Of a stretch of DNA of 64,000 nt, positions 9,470 to 18,764 are shown piece after piece. The DNA is from a virus (Duplodnaviria; Heunggongvirae; Uroviricota; Caudoviricetes), in the IMG/VR virus record IMGVR_UViG_3300032893_000003, positions 14,633 to 78,632 of that record; one strand, given 5' to 3'. The translations under genes and the position numbers were made by a program. A model generated the notes under the pieces. The model saw only the letters and a program-made list of their open reading frames with translations, ran no database searches and was not told the DNA's origin. Numbering within the stretch: position 1 is the first letter of the stretch; each line of letters starts with the position of its first letter.

Positions 9470-10438
9470 ATGAAAGAAAAAAGCCCCTACGAAGGGACGC
9501 TAGATAAGCTTAACGGGAGAATGTGTCTTGGCCGCGTCATATTCATTGACAGCACTTCCCGCACTTGCCGCGTCCGAACTATCGGTGCTGCAATGTTCGG
9601 AACCGATGATCAAGACCTCCAAAACGTTAAATGTCAGCACCTTCTCTGGGATGGGGCTGGCAGTTACGCCGTCGCTATGCCAACTGTTGGAACCTACGTT
9701 ATCATTGCCTTTGTCAACTCAGAGCCAGTGATCGTAGGAGTCTATCCCTTAAGCAACACACTTGGCGGCGGCGGCAGAACTAATCAGCAAGATCTTTTAC
9801 CTGGAGATCTGGCCTTCGTTACAGCCACAGGTAGCCGCGTGGTTATTCGCTCGGCCGGCACAGTTGAAATCGAGAGCACTAAAGGCTGCCGCACCTACTG
9901 GTTTCCGACCAAAGAAACCATCAACACTGTCTGCCAAAACTACGAGCTTGAACCTACTGGCGGGTACCTTCACTGGACAGTCGATCAGGATACAGGCGCT
10001 ACGGTTTTAGACATCAAGGCTTTTGACAATGCAACCGTGACAAATGCCACTCGCCTTCAATTTGGAAGTGCTGATTCTGGTGCACTATTAGATCTTGCTA
10101 TCGGTCCTGTTGATGAGAACCTAGATATCACAAGCCCCGTCATGACCCTTCAAGTGCAGCCAGATGGCGGTACGACAATCAACGTCGGTGGAGGTCAGGT
10201 CACAATCTCTGTCACGCCTGATGGAAAAATAGATGTAAACACATCGGGAGATGCGAATATCACTGCAGGTGGAGATATCAACGTGACAGCTTCGGGAAAT
10301 GCTAACGTAAAAGCGGCTCAAATTGCGCTCAACGGCACATCGTCTGGGATTACCACTGCCAACTCTCACATGGGCGTCATCGATCTAATCACGGGTGCTC
10401 CGGTCATGCCTAGCACTACGACATTTGGAGATGTGTGA
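9470..10438 (+). CDS. Baseplate central spike (gp5/gpV/VgrG-like)
   Basis: N-terminal OB-like GRVIFID...MPTVGTYVIIAF; C-terminal beta-helix repeats (GDANITAGGDINVTASGNANVKA). Confidence 0.75.
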   Translation: MKEKSPYEGTLDKLNGRMCLGRVIFIDSTSRTCRVRTIGAAMFGTDDQDLQNVKCQHLLWDGAGSYAVAMPTVGTYVIIAFVNSEPVIVGVYPLSNTLGGGGRTNQQDLLPGDLAFVTATGSRVVIRSAGTVEIESTKGCRTYWFPTKETINTVCQNYELEPTGGYLHWTVDQDTGATVLDIKAFDNATVTNATRLQFGSADSGALLDLAIGPVDENLDITSPVMTLQVQPDGGTTINVGGGQVTISVTPDGKIDVNTSGDANITAGGDINVTASGNANVKAAQIALNGTSSGITTANSHMGVIDLITGAPVMPSTTTFGDV

Positions 10439-10647
10439 TGTTTGGAAGCAGCTGGCGAAAGCCAACATTTGAAGATTATCTGAAAGACGAAGGAAGCCTG
10501 GCAATGAGTGGCGGTGATCGCTATGAAGAAAAAAAGCGCAAGCTTGAGCGCGCTAAAGAAATAGCTGATGGCACGACACTTGGCACCTTTGAGCGCGACG
10601 ATGAAGTATGGGATCTAGTTAATAGAATCGAACAAGAGGAGATTTAA
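10438..10647 (+). CDS. Hypothetical protein
   Basis: ATG overlaps the spike stop (TGATG). Confidence 0.6.
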   Translation: MFGSSWRKPTFEDYLKDEGSLAMSGGDRYEEKKRKLERAKEIADGTTLGTFERDDEVWDLVNRIEQEEI

Positions 10648-10648
10648 A

Positions 10649-10939
10649 ATGGGATTAAAATGGTTTTGCGATCTAACCGGCAAAGAAATTTTTATGAACC
10701 CACCTACGGAGCCTAAACCTACTGAAAACATTATTCAGTACAAAACTATGGGCCCTAACGGAAAGCTTCAAGTGCACAGTATGCTCAAACCTAAATATGT
10801 AAAAGAGAAGGCTTACCTCTTACGTCTTGCTGCAGGGTTTAGCGAAATCCAGCTCAGTCTCAGCGAAGAAGGAATGGAGCAACTAAAGCCAGAGATAGAC
10901 GCTCTTTTTAACAAAATGGAGAATATTTTAAACAAATGA
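10649..10939 (+). CDS. Hypothetical protein
   Basis: GAGGAG RBS, operonic. Confidence 0.7.
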   Translation: MGLKWFCDLTGKEIFMNPPTEPKPTENIIQYKTMGPNGKLQVHSMLKPKYVKEKAYLLRLAAGFSEIQLSLSEEGMEQLKPEIDALFNKMENILNK

Positions 10940-11529
10940 TCAGTGGAGCAGCCTGGGCCGCAGACTTGTATGCACAGTTTACCGGTATCGGCTTTGACGG
11001 TGCTCAGCTTAGCAACTTCACAAGTTTTGTTGGAAACGGATCCGCGAATCACGTCATAGGTCAGAGTTTTATGACCATGGACACTGGAGTTGTAGCCGGA
11101 AGTGGAATGGGCACCGGTATGGGAATAACTGGCATCTCCTCTTCGAATATTTCGGATAATATCTATTCCCTGTGCGTACAATCCTTTGGGCAAGCAGGTC
11201 CAAAACTTCGCGATTTCACGGATGCGATCGGTCGCGCCTGCGTGACAGCACTTGGACAGGCAACTTTAATGTCCACAGATAGCCCAGTCTTCGCGGGGAC
11301 GGGCATGATTGATATTGGCTCAATCACGGTGAGCGGAGACGCCTGGGGGTCCAGTATAGAGACGCAGGGCGCAAGTTTTGTTGGCTCTCAGTGGCCAAAC
11401 TTCACAAAAGCTATTGGGCAGGGACAAGCTATGGAAGTCCTTGCCGCGGGTACCGGAACGCTTACAATAACTGGCACAGGCTCCCCCGGGTCGCCTGGCA
11501 CTGGGACAGGAACTGGAACGATTTCCTAG
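10936..11529 (+). CDS. Gly/Thr-rich putative virion protein
   Basis: ATGA overlap; internally duplicated G-rich halves. Confidence 0.7.
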   Translation: MISGAAWAADLYAQFTGIGFDGAQLSNFTSFVGNGSANHVIGQSFMTMDTGVVAGSGMGTGMGITGISSSNISDNIYSLCVQSFGQAGPKLRDFTDAIGRACVTALGQATLMSTDSPVFAGTGMIDIGSITVSGDAWGSSIETQGASFVGSQWPNFTKAIGQGQAMEVLAAGTGTLTITGTGSPGSPGTGTGTGTIS

Positions 11530-11638
11530 ATTGCAGCCTTTTGAGATGCTAAAATAACAGGGTCTCGTCACTTTAGAGGCTAGACCACTTGTTTTATATG
11601 ACATATATAGTTAATCTTGACATTAGGAGTAAAAGCGC

Positions 11639-13810
11639 ATGGCCCTCGAAAACTTATTTGCGATAGAACCTACTCTACCGAACGTTCAAACCCACAAGAT
11701 GCCGGATAACTCCGAGCGTTGGGCCGAAGCTTTGACCACGTACATCCGCGAACAATATCCGGACATTGCAAAGATGCCCGTGACGGTTGAGATCCGTAAA
11801 AAAGATGAGCAAACCGGAACAGCTATCGGTGCCCTTCACATCATGTCTGAAGAAGCAAAAAAAGAAGTCCTTGTTCCGTTTGTTATCCGCAAGTTTGAAC
11901 TGAGTCCCCTTGATATCTGGATGGAACCAAAAACTCAGGAAGTTCACGCTCTTACGAAAGACACGTTTAAGGAACTTTTCTTCGTTCAAAGCCCTGCTGA
12001 GGGGCTTGATGCGCGTCCCACAGATTCAACTGGCACTTACTTCAATGATCCGAGCCTTTGGACTACAAACTATCCGCCGCTCCAAGGTCGTTACTCCTAT
12101 GCGTCGGCCGGCTTTCAAATGCTTGATGCACTTTCTGACACATTCTCTGCAGTCGATGGTGAAGTTTTCAAGCAAACTCTTCGTGAAAATCCGATGCTTG
12201 TAGCGAAATTCCAAAAGCATGGCTACGCCGAAGTTATTGAAAAGCTTGCCAGAAAAGTCTATCCGAATAGCAATGATTACACAGCGGCCGCCATGCAATT
12301 AATTCCTGTTGCGGCAGCCAGTGTTAAAAAAGAAGATCCTGATAAGTACTCTCTACTTTCCAGCATCGAGGGTCTCTTTGATACCATGCAGGTGCAAAAG
12401 TTAGATCGCCAGGATATGCAAAAGTTCCTTTCTAAAATCACAGGCAATCCGCAAGATTTCTTAAATGAAGTCGACGCCGAAGGTGAAAAAATGCTTGTCG
12501 TAAGGAAGCCTGCGCCTGGCATCTTCGTCTATGATGAGATGGCACAGCAACCGGCTCCTGAAATGGCCACTGACTTTGCTCTCTACCGCGTTAAGACCAA
12601 AACCGGTATGCAGGTCGACGGGATCGTAATTCCTAGTGTTGTGAACTTCAGTGGCGGTCGCTTGCCCATGAAACTCTTTATCTCGCGCACACACTCAAGC
12701 TTCCAGCCTAATATCGCAGGCATCCGCCTTGTCGATACCGATGATAAAGACATGACAAAAAAGATCCTACAACCATGGGATATTCGTGTTGGCGCAACTG
12801 GCACTTTTATCTACATCGATGATGGTAAAGCTGTCGCGACCGAACCCGTAACAATTAAAGCCATTGAGGATTATTGCGGTCCCTTGACCGTCGTGGATAT
12901 GAAAGGGCGTACGTTTAAAGTTGAGCGCGGCTTCGGTGATTTCTTCACAAAAGAAGAACGCGAATCAAGTGCTCCTATGACGGCACAGCCAAAAATGCCT
13001 GGTGCTCCTAAGCAAAAGCGCGTTTATCTCGATGCCCACGGATTTCTCGAAGTTCGAAAAGACATCTTCGTTATCCCGCGCAAAATGTGCTGGGTCCCTA
13101 TGAGCGGCTTTAACGACGTTACCGCTTCTCCTGGAGAATGGATTACCAAAGAAGCTGCCGCAAAAATGGAGCTTGATCCTCTCACTATCCACTATACAGG
13201 GATTGTCTACGATGTTAGCGGAGCCGGTCTTCCAAAGCTCGCCCTAAGTGAGCGGGAAACCAAAGTTCTTCTCGCTACCGCAGGCGTTCCGCTCGAGAAG
13301 ATTGCAGCTATCTTAAAGCGCGCCAAATCGCCTTTAAAAGCTAAAGTCCACGGGGTTGATCGCCTGGAGCCCAAAGCTTCGAAGGTTTCTAAAAACGCTA
13401 AGCTCATTGCAAAAATCTCATCGATTGTCGATGGCTTAAAGAAAAACCTCATCAAAGAAGCAGCCGATCTGCCCGAGGATAGTGATGCCACCGTTGATGC
13501 TTTACTGTCTCTTAACTTTCTAAATCCAAACAATCTGGCTAAATTCGTGGCCTATAAGCCCGTCTTTGATAAGGTCTTAGACTATTTAGCCGAACTCACG
13601 CTTGCCTCACGACTTGGACTAAAAGACATTAATGAAGGGTCGACGGTTCTTGCCATGTCAAAGCTCATGGAGGTCTGCGACGGTCTTCATAAATTACAGG
13701 CTTCAGTCAAACGTCCAAGCACTAAGACAGCAGCAACCGTACCCCCTACAAAGGGTAAACGGTATTTACCCTCCAAACGGGGTAAACTCATCGCTGCGAT
13801 CGGCGGGTAA
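11639..13810 (+). CDS. Large putative head protein with several K-x-A sites
   Basis: 723 aa, AGGAG RBS; EKLAR, TKEAA, EKIAA, IKEAA, TKTAA. Confidence 0.7.
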   Translation: MALENLFAIEPTLPNVQTHKMPDNSERWAEALTTYIREQYPDIAKMPVTVEIRKKDEQTGTAIGALHIMSEEAKKEVLVPFVIRKFELSPLDIWMEPKTQEVHALTKDTFKELFFVQSPAEGLDARPTDSTGTYFNDPSLWTTNYPPLQGRYSYASAGFQMLDALSDTFSAVDGEVFKQTLRENPMLVAKFQKHGYAEVIEKLARKVYPNSNDYTAAAMQLIPVAAASVKKEDPDKYSLLSSIEGLFDTMQVQKLDRQDMQKFLSKITGNPQDFLNEVDAEGEKMLVVRKPAPGIFVYDEMAQQPAPEMATDFALYRVKTKTGMQVDGIVIPSVVNFSGGRLPMKLFISRTHSSFQPNIAGIRLVDTDDKDMTKKILQPWDIRVGATGTFIYIDDGKAVATEPVTIKAIEDYCGPLTVVDMKGRTFKVERGFGDFFTKEERESSAPMTAQPKMPGAPKQKRVYLDAHGFLEVRKDIFVIPRKMCWVPMSGFNDVTASPGEWITKEAAAKMELDPLTIHYTGIVYDVSGAGLPKLALSERETKVLLATAGVPLEKIAAILKRAKSPLKAKVHGVDRLEPKASKVSKNAKLIAKISSIVDGLKKNLIKEAADLPEDSDATVDALLSLNFLNPNNLAKFVAYKPVFDKVLDYLAELTLASRLGLKDINEGSTVLAMSKLMEVCDGLHKLQASVKRPSTKTAATVPPTKGKRYLPSKRGKLIAAIGG

Positions 13811-13834
13811 TATGCGTGAGGGAATGGCTTATGA

Positions 13835-14758
13835 ATGACAAATTCTCGCCTGCCGTTCCACAAGCATCTTAAATGGCTTATTCTCGAAGGTAACTCGTAC
13901 GAGAATGTCTGCGAGTTTTACGAAAATTTACAGTTCCCAGAGCCCACAGAATCTTATTTCCAGAACCTAAAGGACGATGTTGATAGCCTTCCCATTCCGC
14001 CTATCACAAGGCGCAGGCTCGGGAAAAAAATTTACCACGAAAACGACGTTTTTGTGTGGAAAAAGCTCGATCTTGAAGAGATCTATCTTCATCGACTAAA
14101 AGGCGCTAAATGGAGCGGAGTCTTAAAGATTCTAAATAATCCAATCCTGCGGGTGGCAATTGATTGTTGCCTCATTGCCAGTGTCGACCTTGAGGAGCTA
14201 GGGCAGCTCGTTATCACAGCATACAATACCGAGATCGATGAGAACTCAGCAAAGATATATAAAAAATATTTCTTCGATGCTGAGTTGATGAAGCGAAATG
14301 ATTGGCAGAGTTATCTTAATTTGCTGGCTAGCGATCGCTATACCTATACGCGGGTATTTGCAGCGCTCACAAAGAGCCGTGATGAGGTCTTGCATCTCGT
14401 AGGGATGCCAACCAAGGCACAGTTCGGAACTATGCTTAAAAACGTCATGAACACCGCTCATTACCGCTTTGAGTACTTCGCTAGGCAGAACGGTCCGGAT
14501 GCTCAAGAGCAGGCTAGGAAGTGGGCTAAGATTCTTATGGATGCCGGCGCGAAACATGAGAAGTTTGGGGCTACGGACGCCACAGATTTCGCCAACCTCA
14601 TCCAAACAGAATTCCACTACATAGAAAGCGACATACAAACAGTGACCCCCGAAATGCTCGCCGACGCTAAGCCAAAAGCGCTTGAAAAAGAGCCCGAACG
14701 CAATGTCCCAATTCCTCCTGAAGGCGCAGCGTCAGGCAGACCCGCGAACGACATTTAA
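13835..14758 (+). CDS. Hypothetical protein (position suggests a packaging or small-terminase role)
   Basis: 307-aa helical ORF upstream of the terminase block; function inferred from synteny only. Confidence 0.55.
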   Translation: MTNSRLPFHKHLKWLILEGNSYENVCEFYENLQFPEPTESYFQNLKDDVDSLPIPPITRRRLGKKIYHENDVFVWKKLDLEEIYLHRLKGAKWSGVLKILNNPILRVAIDCCLIASVDLEELGQLVITAYNTEIDENSAKIYKKYFFDAELMKRNDWQSYLNLLASDRYTYTRVFAALTKSRDEVLHLVGMPTKAQFGTMLKNVMNTAHYRFEYFARQNGPDAQEQARKWAKILMDAGAKHEKFGATDATDFANLIQTEFHYIESDIQTVTPEMLADAKPKALEKEPERNVPIPPEGAASGRPANDI

Positions 14759-14759
14759 C

Positions 14760-15320
14760 GCCCAGCGCATTTGGAAAATTTGAAAAAGCACCCAGTTGAC
14801 ACCCGCCGCGTCATCATGACGTTTTCGTAATAATTCTACGCACAGCGTCTACTAGACACACTGTGCTAATCCAATAGGATACTTTTATACCGTATAGTTA
14901 AAGTAGTGAATCATGTTACAGTGACAATTTTTGCGCTGCCTTTAAAAAGGGCACTCTGTGCATCAAGATGATGAAACTGCTCGGATAAAAAATTGATGCA
15001 GCGGGTGTCATTAATGTAATAGGAAAACGCTATAATATATATGTGTGCGTAATGAAAAATTAAACACAAATATATATTTACCCGCATTTTTCAAAATTAT
15101 TTTTTCCATATACCCTTCTTATTTTGTAAGAGGTTTTAGATTACAAACCTATCTTGTTTAGTTACGACTCGGAAAGTCATTTCCTATTTGGATGTCACAC
15201 AAATTTGCATCATGTCTTGTGTCACATCCCTCCCGTTTATGTAACGAGTTTTATAGCGTCGGCGATATAAAGGCTTGTCTATATCGCCGAACGTATAGAA
15301 TCGCGTTTATAGAGCCACCC
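14760..15320. other. AT-rich non-coding region with multiple inverted repeats
   Basis: TGCATCAA/TTGATGCA (14959-15000), GGATGTCACACAA/TTGTGTCACATCC (15190-15229), TCGGCGATATA/TATATCGCCGA (15259-15290). Confidence 0.6.
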
Positions 15321-15411
15321 TGTGCGTCCTAGATGCCTTTTAACTTGCCCTCCAGATGTTTCTAGCTCATCATTCAGGAATAAACTTTTACACCGCCAAA
15401 AGGGGGACTCA

Positions 15412-15828
15412 ATGAAACGCACTTTGTTATTTTGTTTGTCGGCTGTGGCTCTGACATTAGCCGGCTGCCATTCGTCTGTTGTAAACAACGTCGTCTGTCC
15501 GGTTGAGACAGCCGTTGTAAATACTGTCGCAGTCACAATCGCTTCTGACCTTCAGTGCTCTAATCAAGCAGCCATCGTGACTTCAATTCAGGCAGTCGCT
15601 GCTAAAGCCAATATCTGTACTTCAACTGCAGCTATGCAGATTGGAAAACCCAAAGCCAAGGTACCGCTTAAGTCTGTTGGTAGCGATATCTGTCAGACAG
15701 TGGCCGATGGTCTTGTTGGGACTTTGGTCTCTGGCGCTATTCCCACAGCTTGGGGATGTACCGCGACCACAGCCACAGCCTCGCTTACGACTCTCGTGAA
15801 CGGCGCTTGTGCTAAAGCCTTTCCGTGA
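15412..15828 (+). CDS. Cys-rich lipoprotein
   Basis: MKRTLLFCLSAVALTLAGC lipobox; GGGGGA RBS. Confidence 0.8.
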   Translation: MKRTLLFCLSAVALTLAGCHSSVVNNVVCPVETAVVNTVAVTIASDLQCSNQAAIVTSIQAVAAKANICTSTAAMQIGKPKAKVPLKSVGSDICQTVADGLVGTLVSGAIPTAWGCTATTATASLTTLVNGACAKAFP

Positions 15829-15837
15829 ACATAGTCT

Positions 15838-15865
15838 AGCGCCCTCTTGCGGGGGCGCTTCCTTT
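15838..15865 (+). terminator. Intrinsic terminator-like hairpin
   Basis: AGCGCCCTC-TTGC-GGGGGCGCT then TCCTTT. Confidence 0.5.
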
Positions 15866-15883
15866 GGTGCACTATGACTGGAT

Positions 15884-16522
15884 ATGCACCGCAAACCACC
15901 ACACTTCATCCCAATAATCAGAGACGGAATTAAATACTGCGGAGTCCCCGATTGCGAACGCCCCCAGAAAGCGCGCGGTGTTTGTTCTGTTCATTATCAG
16001 CGCATTACTACAGGCGGCGGAGATGCTTTGAGAGATAGTCGTCTATCAGAAGCTATTTGTAAATTTCCTAAATGTAAGCGGAAACATTATGCCAAAAATA
16101 TGTGCCGTTGGCATTATAATCGCGACCCTGATACGCAGGTCCGTATTCGCACTTGGTGGCGTTCAGAGAAAGGTCGACAGCTTTCTAAAAAGACCAACGA
16201 TACTCGCCGCTTTTCTCCTGAAGGCCGTTATTCTATGGGTCAGTATCATGCAAAGACGCGCCAAAGGGAATGGACCCTATCCCTACAAAAATTTTCGGAA
16301 CTGATTAAACTTCCGTGTTCCTATTGTGGAACTCTTCCGCCACCGAAATACTGCGGAATCTGGTTAGATCGTAAAGATACGGATGGCAACTACTCAGAAG
16401 ATAACGTGACTCCCTGTTGCGCTCTCTGTAATCGCTTGAAAAATGATTTGCTAACACACGAAGAAACTCTGGAATTAATCAAGCGCCTCCGAGAACTACG
16501 TGGCGGTGTCGTTTGGTCATAG
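15884..16522 (+). CDS. HNH-like (homing) endonuclease with N-terminal Zn-finger repeats
   Basis: Two C-x4-C...C-x2-HY repeats; CSYCG...LDRKD...YSEDNVTPCCALCNRLK. Confidence 0.8.
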   Translation: MHRKPPHFIPIIRDGIKYCGVPDCERPQKARGVCSVHYQRITTGGGDALRDSRLSEAICKFPKCKRKHYAKNMCRWHYNRDPDTQVRIRTWWRSEKGRQLSKKTNDTRRFSPEGRYSMGQYHAKTRQREWTLSLQKFSELIKLPCSYCGTLPPPKYCGIWLDRKDTDGNYSEDNVTPCCALCNRLKNDLLTHEETLELIKRLRELRGGVVWS

Positions 16523-18237
16523 AAGATGAAGATGTCGAAACAGACGGGAAGAACCCTTTAGAATACAATAAATACGCGTCTTCGCGCCAACGATTAGAAA
16601 AAGCGATTCGGCCCCATAATGCGTTCAAAGTCAGTGAAAGTTTTTTTACCAAATACGGCCAGAAAAATATTTTTAGGGCAGCCAAATCGCAGTGGGTTCA
16701 TAACCTAATTTATTTAGATGGAAAAAGATTTGATTTCACTGGGCGAGATTATCTTCGCCCCATCTATGACTCAAATTACCAACACAAACTTTTAAAAACT
16801 GGGAGACAGGTTGAAAAATCGACCATGCTTGCAAATGAGTTTATTACGAACTCCTGCATTATCCCTTATTTCAAAACACTGTATGTCAGTCCTAGCCATG
16901 ATCAGACACGGCAATTTTCAAACGCTAAACTGAAGCCGTGGATAGAAGACTCTCCAGTCATTATGAAGTACCTGCAGTCAAGTTCCGTAAGTCGCCAAGT
17001 TTTCGAAAAAAGTTTTTCCAATGGCTCCATAGGATTTTTACGTTCAGCTTTTTTAAGTGCGGATCGTACCCGTGGAATCTCAGCGGATTGTTTAAATATA
17101 GATGAAATTCAAGACATTCTGACTGCTAATATTCCGGTAATGCTTGAGACTCTATCCCACTCTAAATACGGATGGAAACTATTTTCCGGTACCCCGAAGA
17201 CTTTGGATAATCCCATAGAATTTTATTGGCAAGAATCATCTCAGTGTGAATGGCTAGTAATTTGTGATCATCATGTCCCTGTACATTATAACTATTTAGA
17301 CGAGAAGTGTATCGGGCAAGAAGGAATTATTTGCAATAAATGCGGTCATCCGATCGATCCCCAGAAGGGCAAGTGGATCGCATTTAGTAGTAATCGCGAT
17401 ATTATGGGATTTAGAATTTCTCAGCTCCAGGTTCCTTGGATGCACACTCCAACAAAGTGGAAGGAAATTTTATGGAAACTGAAAAACTATTCTAAAGGGC
17501 TATTTTATAATGAGGTTTTGGGCATTAGTTGGGATAGTGCTTCAAAGCCTGTCACGCGCACAGAGCTTATTGCGTGTTGTTCCTCAAGCCACGCCTTCCG
17601 GATTGTTCCAGATGGTTTTACAAAATCAAATCATGTCTTTGCTGGAATTGATTGGGGGGAAGGTTCAGATGGAAGTGAGCGCGGGATGAAGGGGAAACTT
17701 AAAAATGCCTCTTATACGGTCTTAACTTTGGGGTGTTATCTCACGCCTCATGTTTTTTATCCGTTCTTCATGAAGCGCTATACAGGTGAGGAAGCGCTTC
17801 CTTCAAACTGCGTGAGAGATATTATTAAAATTTGTAAGCTTTTTAATGTGGCATGTATCGGTGCTGACTGGGGACATGGATGGGGAGTGAATGAACAGCT
17901 TGAACAAGCGTTTGGAGTCCCTAAGGTTATAAAATGGCAGTATGTCGGAATGCAGCGCGAGCGTAAAAAATTTGATCCTGTTGGATTAAAAATCCAAATC
18001 AATAGAACTGAAGTGATGACGGATTTTTTCACAGATATAAAAAAACAAAGATACTGTTTCCCGCCCTGGGCCATCATGCAGTCCTTTCTGTGTGATGTGG
18101 AGCATATCCACGCGGAATTTGGCACCGCCATTGCGACAAATCTTATTAAGTATGATCACAGACCGAGTGAGCCGGATGATGCGGCTCACTCCATCATTTT
18201 GTGCCGCGAGACTGCGGATCATTTTTATCACCCCTGA
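16513..18237 (+). CDS. terL: Terminase large subunit, GpA-like
   Basis: Walker A-like KTGRQVEKST, Walker B LNIDEIQD, GTPKT, nuclease AGIDWG and PDDAAHS; TTG start uncertain. Confidence 0.9.
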   Translation: MVIEDEDVETDGKNPLEYNKYASSRQRLEKAIRPHNAFKVSESFFTKYGQKNIFRAAKSQWVHNLIYLDGKRFDFTGRDYLRPIYDSNYQHKLLKTGRQVEKSTMLANEFITNSCIIPYFKTLYVSPSHDQTRQFSNAKLKPWIEDSPVIMKYLQSSSVSRQVFEKSFSNGSIGFLRSAFLSADRTRGISADCLNIDEIQDILTANIPVMLETLSHSKYGWKLFSGTPKTLDNPIEFYWQESSQCEWLVICDHHVPVHYNYLDEKCIGQEGIICNKCGHPIDPQKGKWIAFSSNRDIMGFRISQLQVPWMHTPTKWKEILWKLKNYSKGLFYNEVLGISWDSASKPVTRTELIACCSSSHAFRIVPDGFTKSNHVFAGIDWGEGSDGSERGMKGKLKNASYTVLTLGCYLTPHVFYPFFMKRYTGEEALPSNCVRDIIKICKLFNVACIGADWGHGWGVNEQLEQAFGVPKVIKWQYVGMQRERKKFDPVGLKIQINRTEVMTDFFTDIKKQRYCFPPWAIMQSFLCDVEHIHAEFGTAIATNLIKYDHRPSEPDDAAHSIILCRETADHFYHP

Positions 18238-18428
18238 TGTTCTAACGGAACTTCGTCGCCCTCTTCAAGCTGATTTTCTAGAAAACTTTCTCTTCGAAGC
18301 TCTGCTTGATACTCCAGCATTTCAAGGCGATTTTGCGCTTCACGCTCAATTTCCCAACTCATGGGCCTTCTGCCGAGAGTGGTTTCTAAATGCTCTTCTG
18401 CGTCATAGTAGATGTCTTTGTAATCCAT
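18228..18428 (-). CDS. Acidic hypothetical protein
   Basis: GAGGAGG RBS. Confidence 0.7.
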   Translation of the reverse strand: MDYKDIYYDAEEHLETTLGRRPMSWEIEREAQNRLEMLEYQAELRRESFLENQLEEGDEVPLEHQG

Positions 18429-18664
18429 TTGTCCTCCTCGTTGACTTCTGTGATGTGTAAGCCTTCAGCCTCTGTCCATAAAATTTTCCGAGTCCATTCT
18501 CCGTAGATCCAGAGCCTTGAACCCCAGTCACTCATGTCTTCTTTATCCACAGACTGCATGGCTTTTCTCTTTGCTTCTTCAATACTCTCAGCCTGAACAT
18601 AAACGGTTCCGACTGCCGGAACCATCACTTGTCCAGTGACTTTGAAAGTTTTTTCTTCGTGCAT
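18386..18664 (-). CDS. Hypothetical protein
   Basis: AAGGAGG RBS, downstream of a promoter motif. Confidence 0.7.
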   Translation of the reverse strand: MHEEKTFKVTGQVMVPAVGTVYVQAESIEEAKRKAMQSVDKEDMSDWGSRLWIYGEWTRKILWTEAEGLHITEVNEEDKWITKTSTMTQKSI

Positions 18665-18686
18665 TTTATTAAACCTCCTTTGTTTA

Positions 18687-18713
18687 CTTATAACAACAAA
18701 GGTTTGGTTTTTG
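18687..18713 (-). promoter_or_regulatory. Promoter motif copy (CAAAAA-N15-TATAAG)
   Basis: Exact consensus and spacing. Confidence 0.65.
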
Positions 18714-18718
18714 ATCGG

Positions 18719-18758
18719 TAAAAAAAGAAGAAGAAGGAGGGGCTTTTAAACCCCTCCT
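18719..18758 (-). terminator. Intrinsic terminator closing the RAMP/repeat unit
   Basis: AGGAGGGG-TTTAAAAG-CCCCTCCT followed by TCTTCTTCTTTTTTT. Confidence 0.75.
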
Positions 18759-18764
18759 CAAGAT

